64,000 nucleotides of DNA from an uncultured Armatimonadetes bacterium (GTDB lineage Bacteria > Armatimonadota > UBA5829 > DTJY01): assembly GCA_963717145.1 (NCBI GenBank), contig OY970325.1:2720001-2784000 (forward strand). The letters are read 5' to 3'. A program made the translations under genes and the position numbers. Position 1 is the stretch's first letter. Each line of letters opens with the position of its first letter. Of the stretch, positions 47,992-57,153 are shown piece after piece. A model generated the notes under the pieces. The model was not told where the DNA came from. It searched no databases and saw only the letters and a list, made by a program, of their open reading frames with translations.

Positions 47992-49881
47992 TTGAGCAAG
48001 GTAACAATCGCGAGCCACGGCTGGTCCGAGTGGCTGATCGTTGAGGCGTCGCCGAAGTCCCCGGTGTGCCGCTTCGCCGTCGAGGAGTTGCAGAAGTACC
48101 TGAAGCAGATCTCCGACTGCGAGCTGTTCATCGCCGAGGACGCGGGCGACTACAATGCGATCACCGTCGGGCTGAGATCCGACCTGCGCCCGGAGGACCT
48201 GGCGCTGCTCCCCGCCTCAAAGCCGGGGCACGACGGCTACTCGATCGCCATCGACGACAACAAGATCGTGCTCGCCGGCGACACGGAACGAGGCGCGGCC
48301 TATGCGGTCTACGATCTCCTCGAGCGGATCGGCTGCAGATGGTTCTATCCCCAGTGCGACCCGAAAGACGTCGAGGTCGTGCCGAAACTGGAGCGCATCG
48401 TCCTCGATTCAGCGTCCCGGTCGGTCGCCTCGCCGATGAAGATACGCATCTGCAACCCGAGCAGCTTCTACTTCGACGTCCACCCCGAGATGATGAAGCC
48501 GCAGCTCGATATGGCGATGAAGGCCCGATACAACGCGATCGGCTGGCAGTGCGATCACAGGACGCCCGTCGGCGATCAGTACCGCGAGATGGAGGCGGGC
48601 GGAGTCATCGAGGAGATCCAGAAGCGCGGCATGCTCCTCCATGGACCGGGCCACAGCTTCCCTCACTTCATGAAGAACGAATACTTCGAGGACCACCCCG
48701 AGTGGTTCGGCGTGCGAGACGGCGTGCGGACGAAGCAGGTGATCGGGGGCGCGCAGTTCTGCTGGACGAACGCCGAGGCACGGAAGCGGTTCATCGACAA
48801 CGCCGTGGAGTTCGTGCTCGCAAGCCCCGCGATCGGCATCTTCTTCACGGTGGGATGGGACGGAGGCCCGTGCTGCGAATGTCCCGACTGCAAGAAGAGC
48901 AAGCCCGCCAACCAGATCTTCCAGCTAATGAACGAACTCGCGGAGCGGCTCGCCGTGAGCGCGCCACACGTGCAGTTGGAGACGTGTGGGTGCTACAACC
49001 CGCTCTTCGATCCGCCCGAGGTCGTGAAGCCAAACGAGAAGGTGCGCGTCGTGTGGGCGCATTGGGGGCGCTATCACGGCTTCGGCTACGGCGACAAGCG
49101 GTACACCCTGAGGCAGAACCTCGAGTCGTGGAACGCCTCGGTCCCGGGCCGATTCACCCTCTGCCAGTATACCACCGACAATTTCGCGACGCCGTGGATC
49201 TCAGCGCCCTACCCCATCGTGCTGGAGGAGGACCGCGCCTACATGATCGAGCGCGGCATCGACGCCATCTACATGCTCATGTGGTCGAAGGGATACTGGT
49301 GGAATCACGGCCTGAACTGCTATATGTCCGGCATGTGCTACTACGACGCGTCGCTGAATCCGTGGGACGTGATCCGGGATTACGCGCTCCATTACTTCGG
49401 CCCGAACGCCGGCCCGCTGCTCTCGGTGTACCTGACCGAGTGGGCGCAGAACGTCGATTTGCCCTACCACGTCAAGGACGGAACGACCGAGAGCGACCGC
49501 GCGATGCTCGATCAGCAGCGCCGGTTCTACATCGACCCGGCGGTCGAGGCGGTCAAGGGCGATCCGCTCCTCGAGCACCGCGTCGGGAAGGTCGCCAAGT
49601 TGCACGACCTGGCCGAGCGCCTCGATGAGTTCCATCGCAGGCACGCGAAGATCACGAAGCTGCGGGAGTCCGGCGACTTCGAGAAGGCGTCGGAGCTGCT
49701 CCCCAAGGCGCGGGTCTATGCCGACGAGCTTCTGGCGCACATGAGTTCGCTGGCGAACCTCGATCAGGGGCTGATCGACAAGGATGAGGTCCCCGGCTTC
49801 ATCACCCTCGGGGTCAAGAACTGGATCGCCGAGGAGGAGAAGGCGGTCGAGGCGAAGTCAACGGTGATCGGTGAACAGTGA
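47992..49881 (+). CDS. DUF4838-like putative glycoside hydrolase, no evident signal peptide
   Basis: FAVEELQKYL..IS, DGYSI, YAVYDLLERIGCRW, GHSF, HPEWF, FCWTN, CECPDC; TTG start after GGAGG. Confidence 0.8.
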   Translation: MSKVTIASHGWSEWLIVEASPKSPVCRFAVEELQKYLKQISDCELFIAEDAGDYNAITVGLRSDLRPEDLALLPASKPGHDGYSIAIDDNKIVLAGDTERGAAYAVYDLLERIGCRWFYPQCDPKDVEVVPKLERIVLDSASRSVASPMKIRICNPSSFYFDVHPEMMKPQLDMAMKARYNAIGWQCDHRTPVGDQYREMEAGGVIEEIQKRGMLLHGPGHSFPHFMKNEYFEDHPEWFGVRDGVRTKQVIGGAQFCWTNAEARKRFIDNAVEFVLASPAIGIFFTVGWDGGPCCECPDCKKSKPANQIFQLMNELAERLAVSAPHVQLETCGCYNPLFDPPEVVKPNEKVRVVWAHWGRYHGFGYGDKRYTLRQNLESWNASVPGRFTLCQYTTDNFATPWISAPYPIVLEEDRAYMIERGIDAIYMLMWSKGYWWNHGLNCYMSGMCYYDASLNPWDVIRDYALHYFGPNAGPLLSVYLTEWAQNVDLPYHVKDGTTESDRAMLDQQRRFYIDPAVEAVKGDPLLEHRVGKVAKLHDLAERLDEFHRRHAKITKLRESGDFEKASELLPKARVYADELLAHMSSLANLDQGLIDKDEVPGFITLGVKNWIAEEEKAVEAKSTVIGEQ

Positions 49882-49909
49882 ACGGTCTCCAGTGAGGGCA
49901 AGCTCCACT

Positions 49910-50034
49910 CCTTACGAACGAGGGGTAGAGGTTCGCTTGGCGATCTTGGCGTCTTGGCGGTTCCAACTCCGGGGGACGCCGCCACGGAAAGCCCCTCGGC
50001 CCAGAGGCCGGTCCCCCTTCGTAAGGGGGACATC
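49910..50034 (+). repeat. ~125-bp intergenic repeat, copy 2
   Basis: Reverse complement matches 27632-27760. Confidence 0.85.
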
Positions 50035-50053
50035 GCAGGAGGAAGGATTGCAG

Positions 50054-51004
50054 ATGAATATGGCAGCTTTTCTGGTAGCCGGTGTCTTGATGGCAGGCGT
50101 CTGTTCGGCTGGCGAGGTGAAGTTCGAGACTGTCACGCTCAAGGAAGGCGGGCCGGAAGCGACCGTCATGCTTGCGTACAAGACGGATACGGTCAAACAG
50201 CATCCGGTCATCCTCATGCTCGGCTCGCTCGACCCGAAGGCGCTCCCGGACTGGAGCGTCGGTCTCGTGGACGAGGGATACATGCTCGCGGCGTTCAGCG
50301 TCGCCTATCCGCCGGACCCGGATCCCGCTCGGAGGGCTCAGTGGCTCGTCTTCGATGAGCGATTCGCGCACGGGTACGTCCTCGGGGGATCGCGTGCGCC
50401 GGCCGACGCGAAGCGGGTGATCGACTACCTGATCTCGAGGGGCGACGTCCATCCCGCGAAGATCGGCTGGATGGGCAGCTCATCGACGGGAATCCCGGGG
50501 CTGTCGGTGGCGTGCCATGAAGACCGGTTGGCGGCGATCGTGGCGTTCGTCAGCACGGGCGCGTATGGGGAGTGGCTCGCGAGTTGGAAGACGAACAAGC
50601 TCTGGGTCGGGAAGACCGATGGCATCTGGCCGGAGACGAAGGAGATGCTCAAGATGTGGGATCCGATCCTGCATGTGGCGAAGATGTACCCGGTCGCGGT
50701 GCTGATGGTCAGCGGCGGGGATGACATTGTGGTCGATGCGAAGACCGCGCGGTCGTTCGTACACGCGGCGAAACCGTATTACGCGAACGACCCGGAGCGT
50801 CTGAGGCTCGTGATCTACGACGGATTCGGGCACAACCTGCCCAGGGACATCATCCGCATGTACACCGAGCACTGGTTCCGTCTCTACATGCATCCCACGA
50901 ACGATCCCCCGAAGCCGCCCGATCCCCCGAAGGACCTCCATGAGAGCGCCGACCGCACTCAGATCAATGCGACAGGGCATGACGAGGTGGTAGGAGCGGA
51001 GTGA
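50054..51004 (+). CDS. Exported alpha/beta hydrolase (S9-like esterase/peptidase)
   Basis: KIGWMGSSSTG elbow, GGDDIVV Asp, GFGH His; signal peptide. Confidence 0.8.
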   Translation: MNMAAFLVAGVLMAGVCSAGEVKFETVTLKEGGPEATVMLAYKTDTVKQHPVILMLGSLDPKALPDWSVGLVDEGYMLAAFSVAYPPDPDPARRAQWLVFDERFAHGYVLGGSRAPADAKRVIDYLISRGDVHPAKIGWMGSSSTGIPGLSVACHEDRLAAIVAFVSTGAYGEWLASWKTNKLWVGKTDGIWPETKEMLKMWDPILHVAKMYPVAVLMVSGGDDIVVDAKTARSFVHAAKPYYANDPERLRLVIYDGFGHNLPRDIIRMYTEHWFRLYMHPTNDPPKPPDPPKDLHESADRTQINATGHDEVVGAE

Positions 51005-51018
51005 GCAGGCCGGGGACG

Positions 51019-51047
51019 TTGACATTGGACGCTGATAAGAGGATAAT
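51019..51047 (+). promoter_or_regulatory. Sigma70-type promoter
   Basis: TTGACA-17 nt-GATAAT, 40 nt upstream of the methyltransferase start. Confidence 0.65.
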
Positions 51048-51087
51048 ACGCGTGTCCGACTAGCGCAGTAAGGCGACGAGAGGGCTA

Positions 51088-52011
51088 ATGATGGAAGAGA
51101 AAACGGGCGAGGAACTGGTTCGGGCGTATGCTAAGAACTACCAGTTGTCTCCGGATGCCGTGACTGAGGAAATGGTCATGCGGCATTGGACTTTGGAGCA
51201 GGAGCTGACCAGAGAGCTTCTAAGCTCGTCGCCTGAAGAGCGCTGGGAGACTTTCGAGCGATGTTACAGCACGCTGTATAGCGAACTCCCCTGGCTGAAC
51301 GAACTGCCGAGGAACACGGACGATACAGACCCGAGTCTCTTGTATGACGCCGTGATCAGCCTCGTGAACCCAGAGGCCAAGACAGTCTATGAGATCGGCT
51401 CGGGCAAGGGAACGCTAATCAAGCACCTTGCCGGCCGCGGATACCAATGCAAGGCAACCGAGATCACCCGCGAGAGGGGCAAGAAATGGGTTGACGATAC
51501 CCCAAACCTGACTTGGGGAGCGACGGATGGCGTACATCTGGATCGGTTCGAGGAGCACGGACACTGGGACGTGGTGATCTTGAACAACGTGGTCGAGCAC
51601 ATGCATCCCGATGACTTGATCGAGCACTTCCGAGCGGTCCACAAGATTCTGTCACCAGGCGGTAGGTACATAATCGGCACGCCGCACATCATATCGGGCC
51701 CAACTGACGTGTCCAGAGTTTTCGGCTACGAGACTGCGGCGGGCATGCACTTGAAGGAATACACTTACGGCGAACTGGTAAGCCAGCTACGAGATGCCGG
51801 CTTCAAGAGGTTCAGTTCATGCTTGCGTGTACCCAGACGCATAGCCAAGGTGAAGCCGAGGGAGAGCCGGCTGTACCTGCGGTATCTTCGAGCAATGGAA
51901 ACCGTCCTTGGCATGATCCCCGGCTACGGAGCCAGACGCAAGGCGCTGAAGCTCTCGAAACTCTTGCTCTTCCAGTCCTACATCACACTCGCTGCTGACA
52001 AAGATCGCTGA
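51088..52011 (+). CDS. Class I SAM-dependent methyltransferase
   Basis: VYEIGSGKG motif I; VVEHM; LSPGGRYIIGTP; HLKEYT. Confidence 0.88.
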   Translation: MMEEKTGEELVRAYAKNYQLSPDAVTEEMVMRHWTLEQELTRELLSSSPEERWETFERCYSTLYSELPWLNELPRNTDDTDPSLLYDAVISLVNPEAKTVYEIGSGKGTLIKHLAGRGYQCKATEITRERGKKWVDDTPNLTWGATDGVHLDRFEEHGHWDVVILNNVVEHMHPDDLIEHFRAVHKILSPGGRYIIGTPHIISGPTDVSRVFGYETAAGMHLKEYTYGELVSQLRDAGFKRFSSCLRVPRRIAKVKPRESRLYLRYLRAMETVLGMIPGYGARRKALKLSKLLLFQSYITLAADKDR

Positions 52012-52029
52012 TAGCGCCTCTTTCGGCCG

Positions 52030-52458
52030 CTAGCGACTCATGTGCCCTTGGATCTGCTCGGCCCAAGTCTCCTGGTCCCTCGTCTGGAATCCGATCTCTG
52101 AGTCGTCGCGCAGTGTCAGGATCATGAACGGCTGACCGTTGCGATACGTGCCGTGGAACCACTTGGCCGCAGAGAGTCCGGCGATATCCTCGTAAAGGAT
52201 CTCTACGCCTCTGCCGAAGACCATGCGGAATATGAAACGCTTGTTAGTCAGAGCCATTACGCCTATGCTGCTGATCTTGGCAATGCCCACCCGCTTGAAG
52301 TACATGCCGGTCTGGGGACCGAGCAGGAAATACTCGCCGGCGAAACTTACGTCCTGATTCAGCTTCTCCTCCATCCGGCCGCGCATGATGCGCCAAACGA
52401 GGTACAGCACTGTCCACACAGCGGCGTTGATGCCTAACACGATCCAGAGAACTTGCAC
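52030..52458 (-). CDS. Small membrane-anchored PH/GRAM-like protein
   Basis: N-terminal TM; GVMALTNKRFIF...EI.Y.DI; C-terminal W..QI helix; GGGAGG SD. Confidence 0.6.
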   Translation of the reverse strand: MQVLWIVLGINAAVWTVLYLVWRIMRGRMEEKLNQDVSFAGEYFLLGPQTGMYFKRVGIAKISSIGVMALTNKRFIFRMVFGRGVEILYEDIAGLSAAKWFHGTYRNGQPFMILTLRDDSEIGFQTRDQETWAEQIQGHMSR

Positions 52459-52469
52459 ACTAACCTCCC

Positions 52470-52558
52470 TATGGAGTGCGGAAGCGGAGTCACCCTACGT
52501 TCGGGCAGGAGTACAACTCCTGCCCGAACGTAGGGTGACTCCGCTTCCGCACTCCATA
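52470..52558. repeat. Perfect 43-bp-arm palindrome (REPIN-like)
   Basis: 52470-52512 is the exact reverse complement of 52516-52558; loop ACA; ends TGGAGTGCGG/CCGCACTCCA. Confidence 0.9.
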
Positions 52559-52585
52559 TATCAGACACCCCAGCTGGCCATTTGG

Positions 52586-53635
52586 TTACACGCCCCACTC
52601 GCGGATGCACTTGCCGATGATCGGGAAGGCGTGCTCGAAGTCCGGCTCATCGAAGTTTTCTGTGCAGCCGATGATGAAGCGCCCCTCGTCGCCGCCCTGC
52701 TCCAGGTACTCGGTCGTCCAGCGGCGGATGACATCCTCGGGCTCGCGGAAGACGTTGCCGGGGAAGTTGAGGCTGAGCACCTTGTCCGGCCACGCAGCCC
52801 GGGCCTCGGCGACCGTCATCTGCTCCATCGGCGGCGGAGTGAACGCCTCCATGATGTCGAGGTCGGTGGCCGCGATCAGGTCCGCGAGCGGCTTGTTCGC
52901 CCCATCGTAGTGCGCGAAGGAGAGCTTCCCCGTCTGATGGATCGCACGGCATGCGTAATCGTAGATCGGCATGCAATAGGTCTCATAGAGCGTGGGAGAC
53001 ATGATCAGACCGGTGATGTTGTCGGGGAACCAGATCACCTCGGCGGGGCTCTCGGCGGCGATATCGGCCTGGCGTCGCTGTAAGCGCGCGAGCGACTCGT
53101 GCAACTCGGCGAACTCGTCGGCGTGGAGCATCACTCCCTCGCACCACGTTGGCGTCCCCATCACGTTGATGAGCAGCACCTGCGCCGGGATATGATCGAT
53201 GCTCCCCAGCACAATGCCCTCTTCGCCCATCGCGCGATCGGCCTCGACCCAGCCGTCCCAGGCGAGCTCGATCGTCGTGTGGTCGTAGACGTACTTCATC
53301 ACGCGGTAGTCGTCGGGCGACTTGACGAAGTGCTCGAGGATCCACCGGCTGCCGTATCCCGGCTCGAAGCCGGCGACCTCATTCAGATCGCCGACCGGCG
53401 TCTTGATGCGCGTGAACACTCGGCGCTGGCCGTCGACCATGCGCTCCTCGCTCTCGACGGTCACGCCGGGGCATCGGCTCTCGAACAGCCCGCAACTCCC
53501 GATCATGGTGAGCCCCTCTTCACGGAGTCGGCGCGCGGTCGGAGTATCGGGCGTGATCCAGTTGTATAGCGTGAACGGGACCTGGTCGGCCTTCCCGCCT
53601 CTCAACACGGTCATCAATCGTTCTCGTTTGGTCAT
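52586..53635 (-). CDS. Uroporphyrinogen decarboxylase/MtaA superfamily protein (non-canonical)
   Basis: MTKRERL...G...DQVP, TPVGDL, MSP.LYE.YC.P.Y, AHYDG, EAFTPPP. Confidence 0.8.
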   Translation of the reverse strand: MTKRERLMTVLRGGKADQVPFTLYNWITPDTPTARRLREEGLTMIGSCGLFESRCPGVTVESEERMVDGQRRVFTRIKTPVGDLNEVAGFEPGYGSRWILEHFVKSPDDYRVMKYVYDHTTIELAWDGWVEADRAMGEEGIVLGSIDHIPAQVLLINVMGTPTWCEGVMLHADEFAELHESLARLQRRQADIAAESPAEVIWFPDNITGLIMSPTLYETYCMPIYDYACRAIHQTGKLSFAHYDGANKPLADLIAATDLDIMEAFTPPPMEQMTVAEARAAWPDKVLSLNFPGNVFREPEDVIRRWTTEYLEQGGDEGRFIIGCTENFDEPDFEHAFPIIGKCIREWGV

Positions 53636-53644
53636 GTGTCTCTC

Positions 53645-55134
53645 CTACCAGAGCTTGTCGTTCTTTCCGCGCCAGTACGCCGCCAGGAACGATGCGGGCA
53701 CCTCGCTGCTCAGGCATTCGCCGTAGTAGCTGGTCTCGGGGAGCAACTGCTTGCCATCCGGGTCGTAGAGCCAGTGCAAGCGCCGCCAGTCGAGGTGCTC
53801 CATCATCCGCAGGGCAACCGCTCGGGCTTCCTTGGCGATTCCGGGCGCGTACTTGCCGGCAATCGCCGATACGACCATGAAGCGGCCCAGCGGGTCCATC
53901 CAGCGAACCTGCGAAATGTACGATGTGAACGGGTCGCCGAACAGCCATTGCTCCATCGGCAGCAGCTCGGTCGAAGGCAGCGGCCTCCACTCATCGGTCA
54001 GTGCGTTCACGGCGAACCAGTAGTACGGCATGAAGTCGTCACCCATGCCATACTTCCACTCGCGCCACCACATCTCCGCGATCTTGCTCGTCTTGCCATT
54101 GAGAGCCTCGGGCATGACGCGGTCAATCATATCCATCGCCACGACCACGAATTTGCTATGTATCGTCGTCTCCCAACACAGAAACTCGCCCGGCCGGAGC
54201 AGGTCTTTGACCAGCGAGAAGCAGGCGCTGTAGGGGATGACCTCCGCCTTGCCGGTCTTCTCCAACTGCATCTTAGCCTGGTCGCGGAGCGCACTGATTC
54301 TCGTGTGCTCGGTCCATGTGCCCCGGCTCATTATCTTCTCGAACTCCTGCAGATAGACCGGCGACTTGGAGAAATGGTACGCGATCGCGTTGATTGCAGC
54401 ATAGATCGCGTTGTAGGAGTCCGTCTCGCCCTTCATATCCCATGAAGACCCGAAGTACGACAGCACATAGTCCGCATTCCGCCAGTAGTCGGCGAACCCG
54501 GCGATCATCTTCTCGATGCTCTTCCTGTGCGCAGTCGGAGCGATCTCATGATAGGTGAAGAGACCCCAGGTAGCGCCGAGATACTGGTCTCCACTGGTCT
54601 GAACGGAGGGCCGGAATCCGTAGGGCTTACCCATCCATCCGGGCTTCCCGTCCTGCTCGCCCATGCTGTAGATCAGTTCGAGCGAGTTGAATGCCCGCGC
54701 GGCCTGCTCCAGCGCTTTCGGCGACTTCGTGGCCTTGTACCTATAGACCTGTGACGCCAGGTACTGCCCCGACTGGAATATCGAGTTCTCGCCGTGGAGG
54801 TAATCCTGCGGGCCGTCCAGCTTCAGGTTACTTACACTGGCATCGATACTGGTCTTGCCGTGGAAATCCGAAGCTCGGAAGGGGCGGATGTCTTCTTCTC
54901 GAGCTTCTGCATCGAGTACATGATGCCTGCCGGCCCGAAGCCCACGCGCTCGAGTATCTCCTGCACGATCTGCGCCTTGACGTGGATCGATTGGCCACCG
55001 AGATTCGCCAGCAATCTCTGCATGGACTTGGCGCCCGTAGAACTCGTAGCTGCCAGCGAGTCAGCATCCAGCGCCATACCCAGCCCCCCTAGAACCACTA
55101 TGCGAAGCACATCTCGCCTGCTGATCCCGTGCAT
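53645..55134 (-). CDS. Tat-exported helical-barrel-like protein of unknown function, split by a 1-nt deletion near 54893
   Basis: SRRDVL Tat motif; adding one A joins MQKLEK(K) to DIRPFRASDF...GENSIFQSGQYLA...LIYSMGEQD, in frame with ORF 53645-54664. Confidence 0.75.
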
Positions 55135-55149
55135 GATGTCTCCTCGGAT

Positions 55150-57084
55150 CTAATCACCCAGTGTCTTCTCCGCCTGGTTGAGACGGTCGGTGTAGGTGCG
55201 GTTGATCGTCCAGCCGAGCATCCATTCGTGATCCATGACGCCGTCGTTCAGCGCGCCGAGCTTCTCGGCGTGAGCGATCAAATCGGCGACGATCGTTCGT
55301 GCCTCGGCGATCTGCTTCTCGACATCCGCCTTCTGTGCCCTGCCCTCCTTGACCTCGATCACGGCTCTCTCGATGTCGATGATCTTCTGCCTGGACGAGC
55401 CGAGGTGGATCAGCATGTCGAGCCCGGACGCCCGCTTGGAGATCCGGTAGGAGTAGACTGGATCGTTGGCGGCAAGTTGAGCGGCCCGGGACAGCATCTT
55501 TCGGGCCTCCGTCAGCCAGATCATGTCCCAATCCTCCGCCTCGCCCCGACTCGCACGGTAGGTCTTCTCCAGGTTCTCGGTGCTGCCGATCATGAGCAGG
55601 TAATCCGACATCAGCGGGCCGGCCTTCGATCCATAGTAGTGGAACGCGTAGTCCCGCAGTTCCGACCGAGGGTCGCGGCTCGGATAGTAGTAGGGATAGA
55701 GGCCGCCCATCCGCACGTTGAACGAGTTGTTCCACCAGAAGCCGAACGGGTACTCGAGCACCAGCGCCCCGGTCATGCCGTGATCGACCATGAACTTCGT
55801 GTCACCCTCCAGCGCATGAAGGAAGGGCGGGCCGGTGAACGGCTGATGCGAGTTGGCGGCGTAGTAGGAGCAGATCATGAACCGCTTGAAGTACGATGCC
55901 CAGACCAGCAGGTTCGCCTTGCGCGCGTACTGCGGGTCGTTGTAGCTCTCATTGTGATTCCGTCCCCAGTGCGCATAGACGGCAGCGAGTCGGTCGTTCG
56001 GGAACACCTTCGTCGGCGGATCGGTCACCTGCCCGTAGCCGGGGACGCAGTCGACGATCACCTCGGGCGCAACCGTCTTCATCCGGTCCGCGAGCTTGTT
56101 GTAGAGGCCGATGAGGAGGTCGGTTGGCGTGCTTCTCAGGCATTCCTCGCACTGGCATGGAACGCCTCCGTCGATCGGCAGGAGGTCGAGCCAGTGGAAC
56201 TGCGGGTACTTCCTGACGAACGCCTCGGCGTTGCGGATGAACTCATCGCACGCCTGAGCGTTGCTCATGCAGAAGTTGGTGAGCGGCCACGATCCGCCGT
56301 GCGGTTGGCGCTTCCCATCGCGGAACCCGAACCACTCCTGATGCGCCGCGAAGTACTTGTCGGTCGCCAGGAAGTACGGGAACGAGTGGCCCGGACCGTG
56401 GAGCATGAGGCCGCGCTTCTCCATCCCCGCGAAGACGCCCTTCGATTCCATTTCGGCGAGGTGCTCGTCGATCTTCTCGGGGATACACTGCCAGCTCAGG
56501 CCATTGTAACGGTTCTTCGCCGCCCAATCGAGCTGTGCGACGGTTTCCGGCATGACCTTGAACGCGAGGCCGCTGATCCAGTAGACTCGGTCCTCGATCC
56601 GCGCCGACTCCGACCACTTGCCGTCCGGAAGCACGAGGTCCGGGTTCTGCGGCACGACCTCCGGGTCCTTCGGATCGATCGCGGGATGATACCACCGGCA
56701 TCCGAGCCGCTCGAGGAGATCGTAGACGCCATAGAGGACGCCGCGCGGGTTGTCGCCCGCGACAGCTATCGCCTGCTCAGAGACCGATATGGAGTAGCCA
56801 TCGAAGCCCCTCTTCATCTCGGGGAGATCGGCCGCATCGAGGTCCCTGCGCAGACCGATGCGTATGGTGTGCGGGCGGCTCGCGCTCCGTGTATCGAGGA
56901 GCCTAGCGCCGGAGATCTGCTTCACGTAGCGCTTCAACTCATCGGCGGTGAACCGCTCGACGGGCCCGGCGGTCGAAGGAGTGTAGACGCGCCAGGCCGT
57001 CTTGCCTCCCGACGTCAGATGGGCCGCGTTCACTTCCATGCAGATCAGGACAAGGCAGGCGATCAACAGAGTCAGCTTGGCCAC
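55150..57084 (-). CDS. DUF4838-like putative glycoside hydrolase with signal peptide
   Basis: Paralogue of 47992-49881 (KRGLMLHGPGHSFP, AHWGR, WWN); GTG start inferred. Confidence 0.8.
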   Translation of the reverse strand: MAKLTLLIACLVLICMEVNAAHLTSGGKTAWRVYTPSTAGPVERFTADELKRYVKQISGARLLDTRSASRPHTIRIGLRRDLDAADLPEMKRGFDGYSISVSEQAIAVAGDNPRGVLYGVYDLLERLGCRWYHPAIDPKDPEVVPQNPDLVLPDGKWSESARIEDRVYWISGLAFKVMPETVAQLDWAAKNRYNGLSWQCIPEKIDEHLAEMESKGVFAGMEKRGLMLHGPGHSFPYFLATDKYFAAHQEWFGFRDGKRQPHGGSWPLTNFCMSNAQACDEFIRNAEAFVRKYPQFHWLDLLPIDGGVPCQCEECLRSTPTDLLIGLYNKLADRMKTVAPEVIVDCVPGYGQVTDPPTKVFPNDRLAAVYAHWGRNHNESYNDPQYARKANLLVWASYFKRFMICSYYAANSHQPFTGPPFLHALEGDTKFMVDHGMTGALVLEYPFGFWWNNSFNVRMGGLYPYYYPSRDPRSELRDYAFHYYGSKAGPLMSDYLLMIGSTENLEKTYRASRGEAEDWDMIWLTEARKMLSRAAQLAANDPVYSYRISKRASGLDMLIHLGSSRQKIIDIERAVIEVKEGRAQKADVEKQIAEARTIVADLIAHAEKLGALNDGVMDHEWMLGWTINRTYTDRLNQAEKTLGD

Positions 57085-57153
57085 GGATGCACCCCCGAAT
57101 GGTATGCGCTCGAGATGCCCCATTATACCCGAGCGCATGGGGGTATAGCCAGC

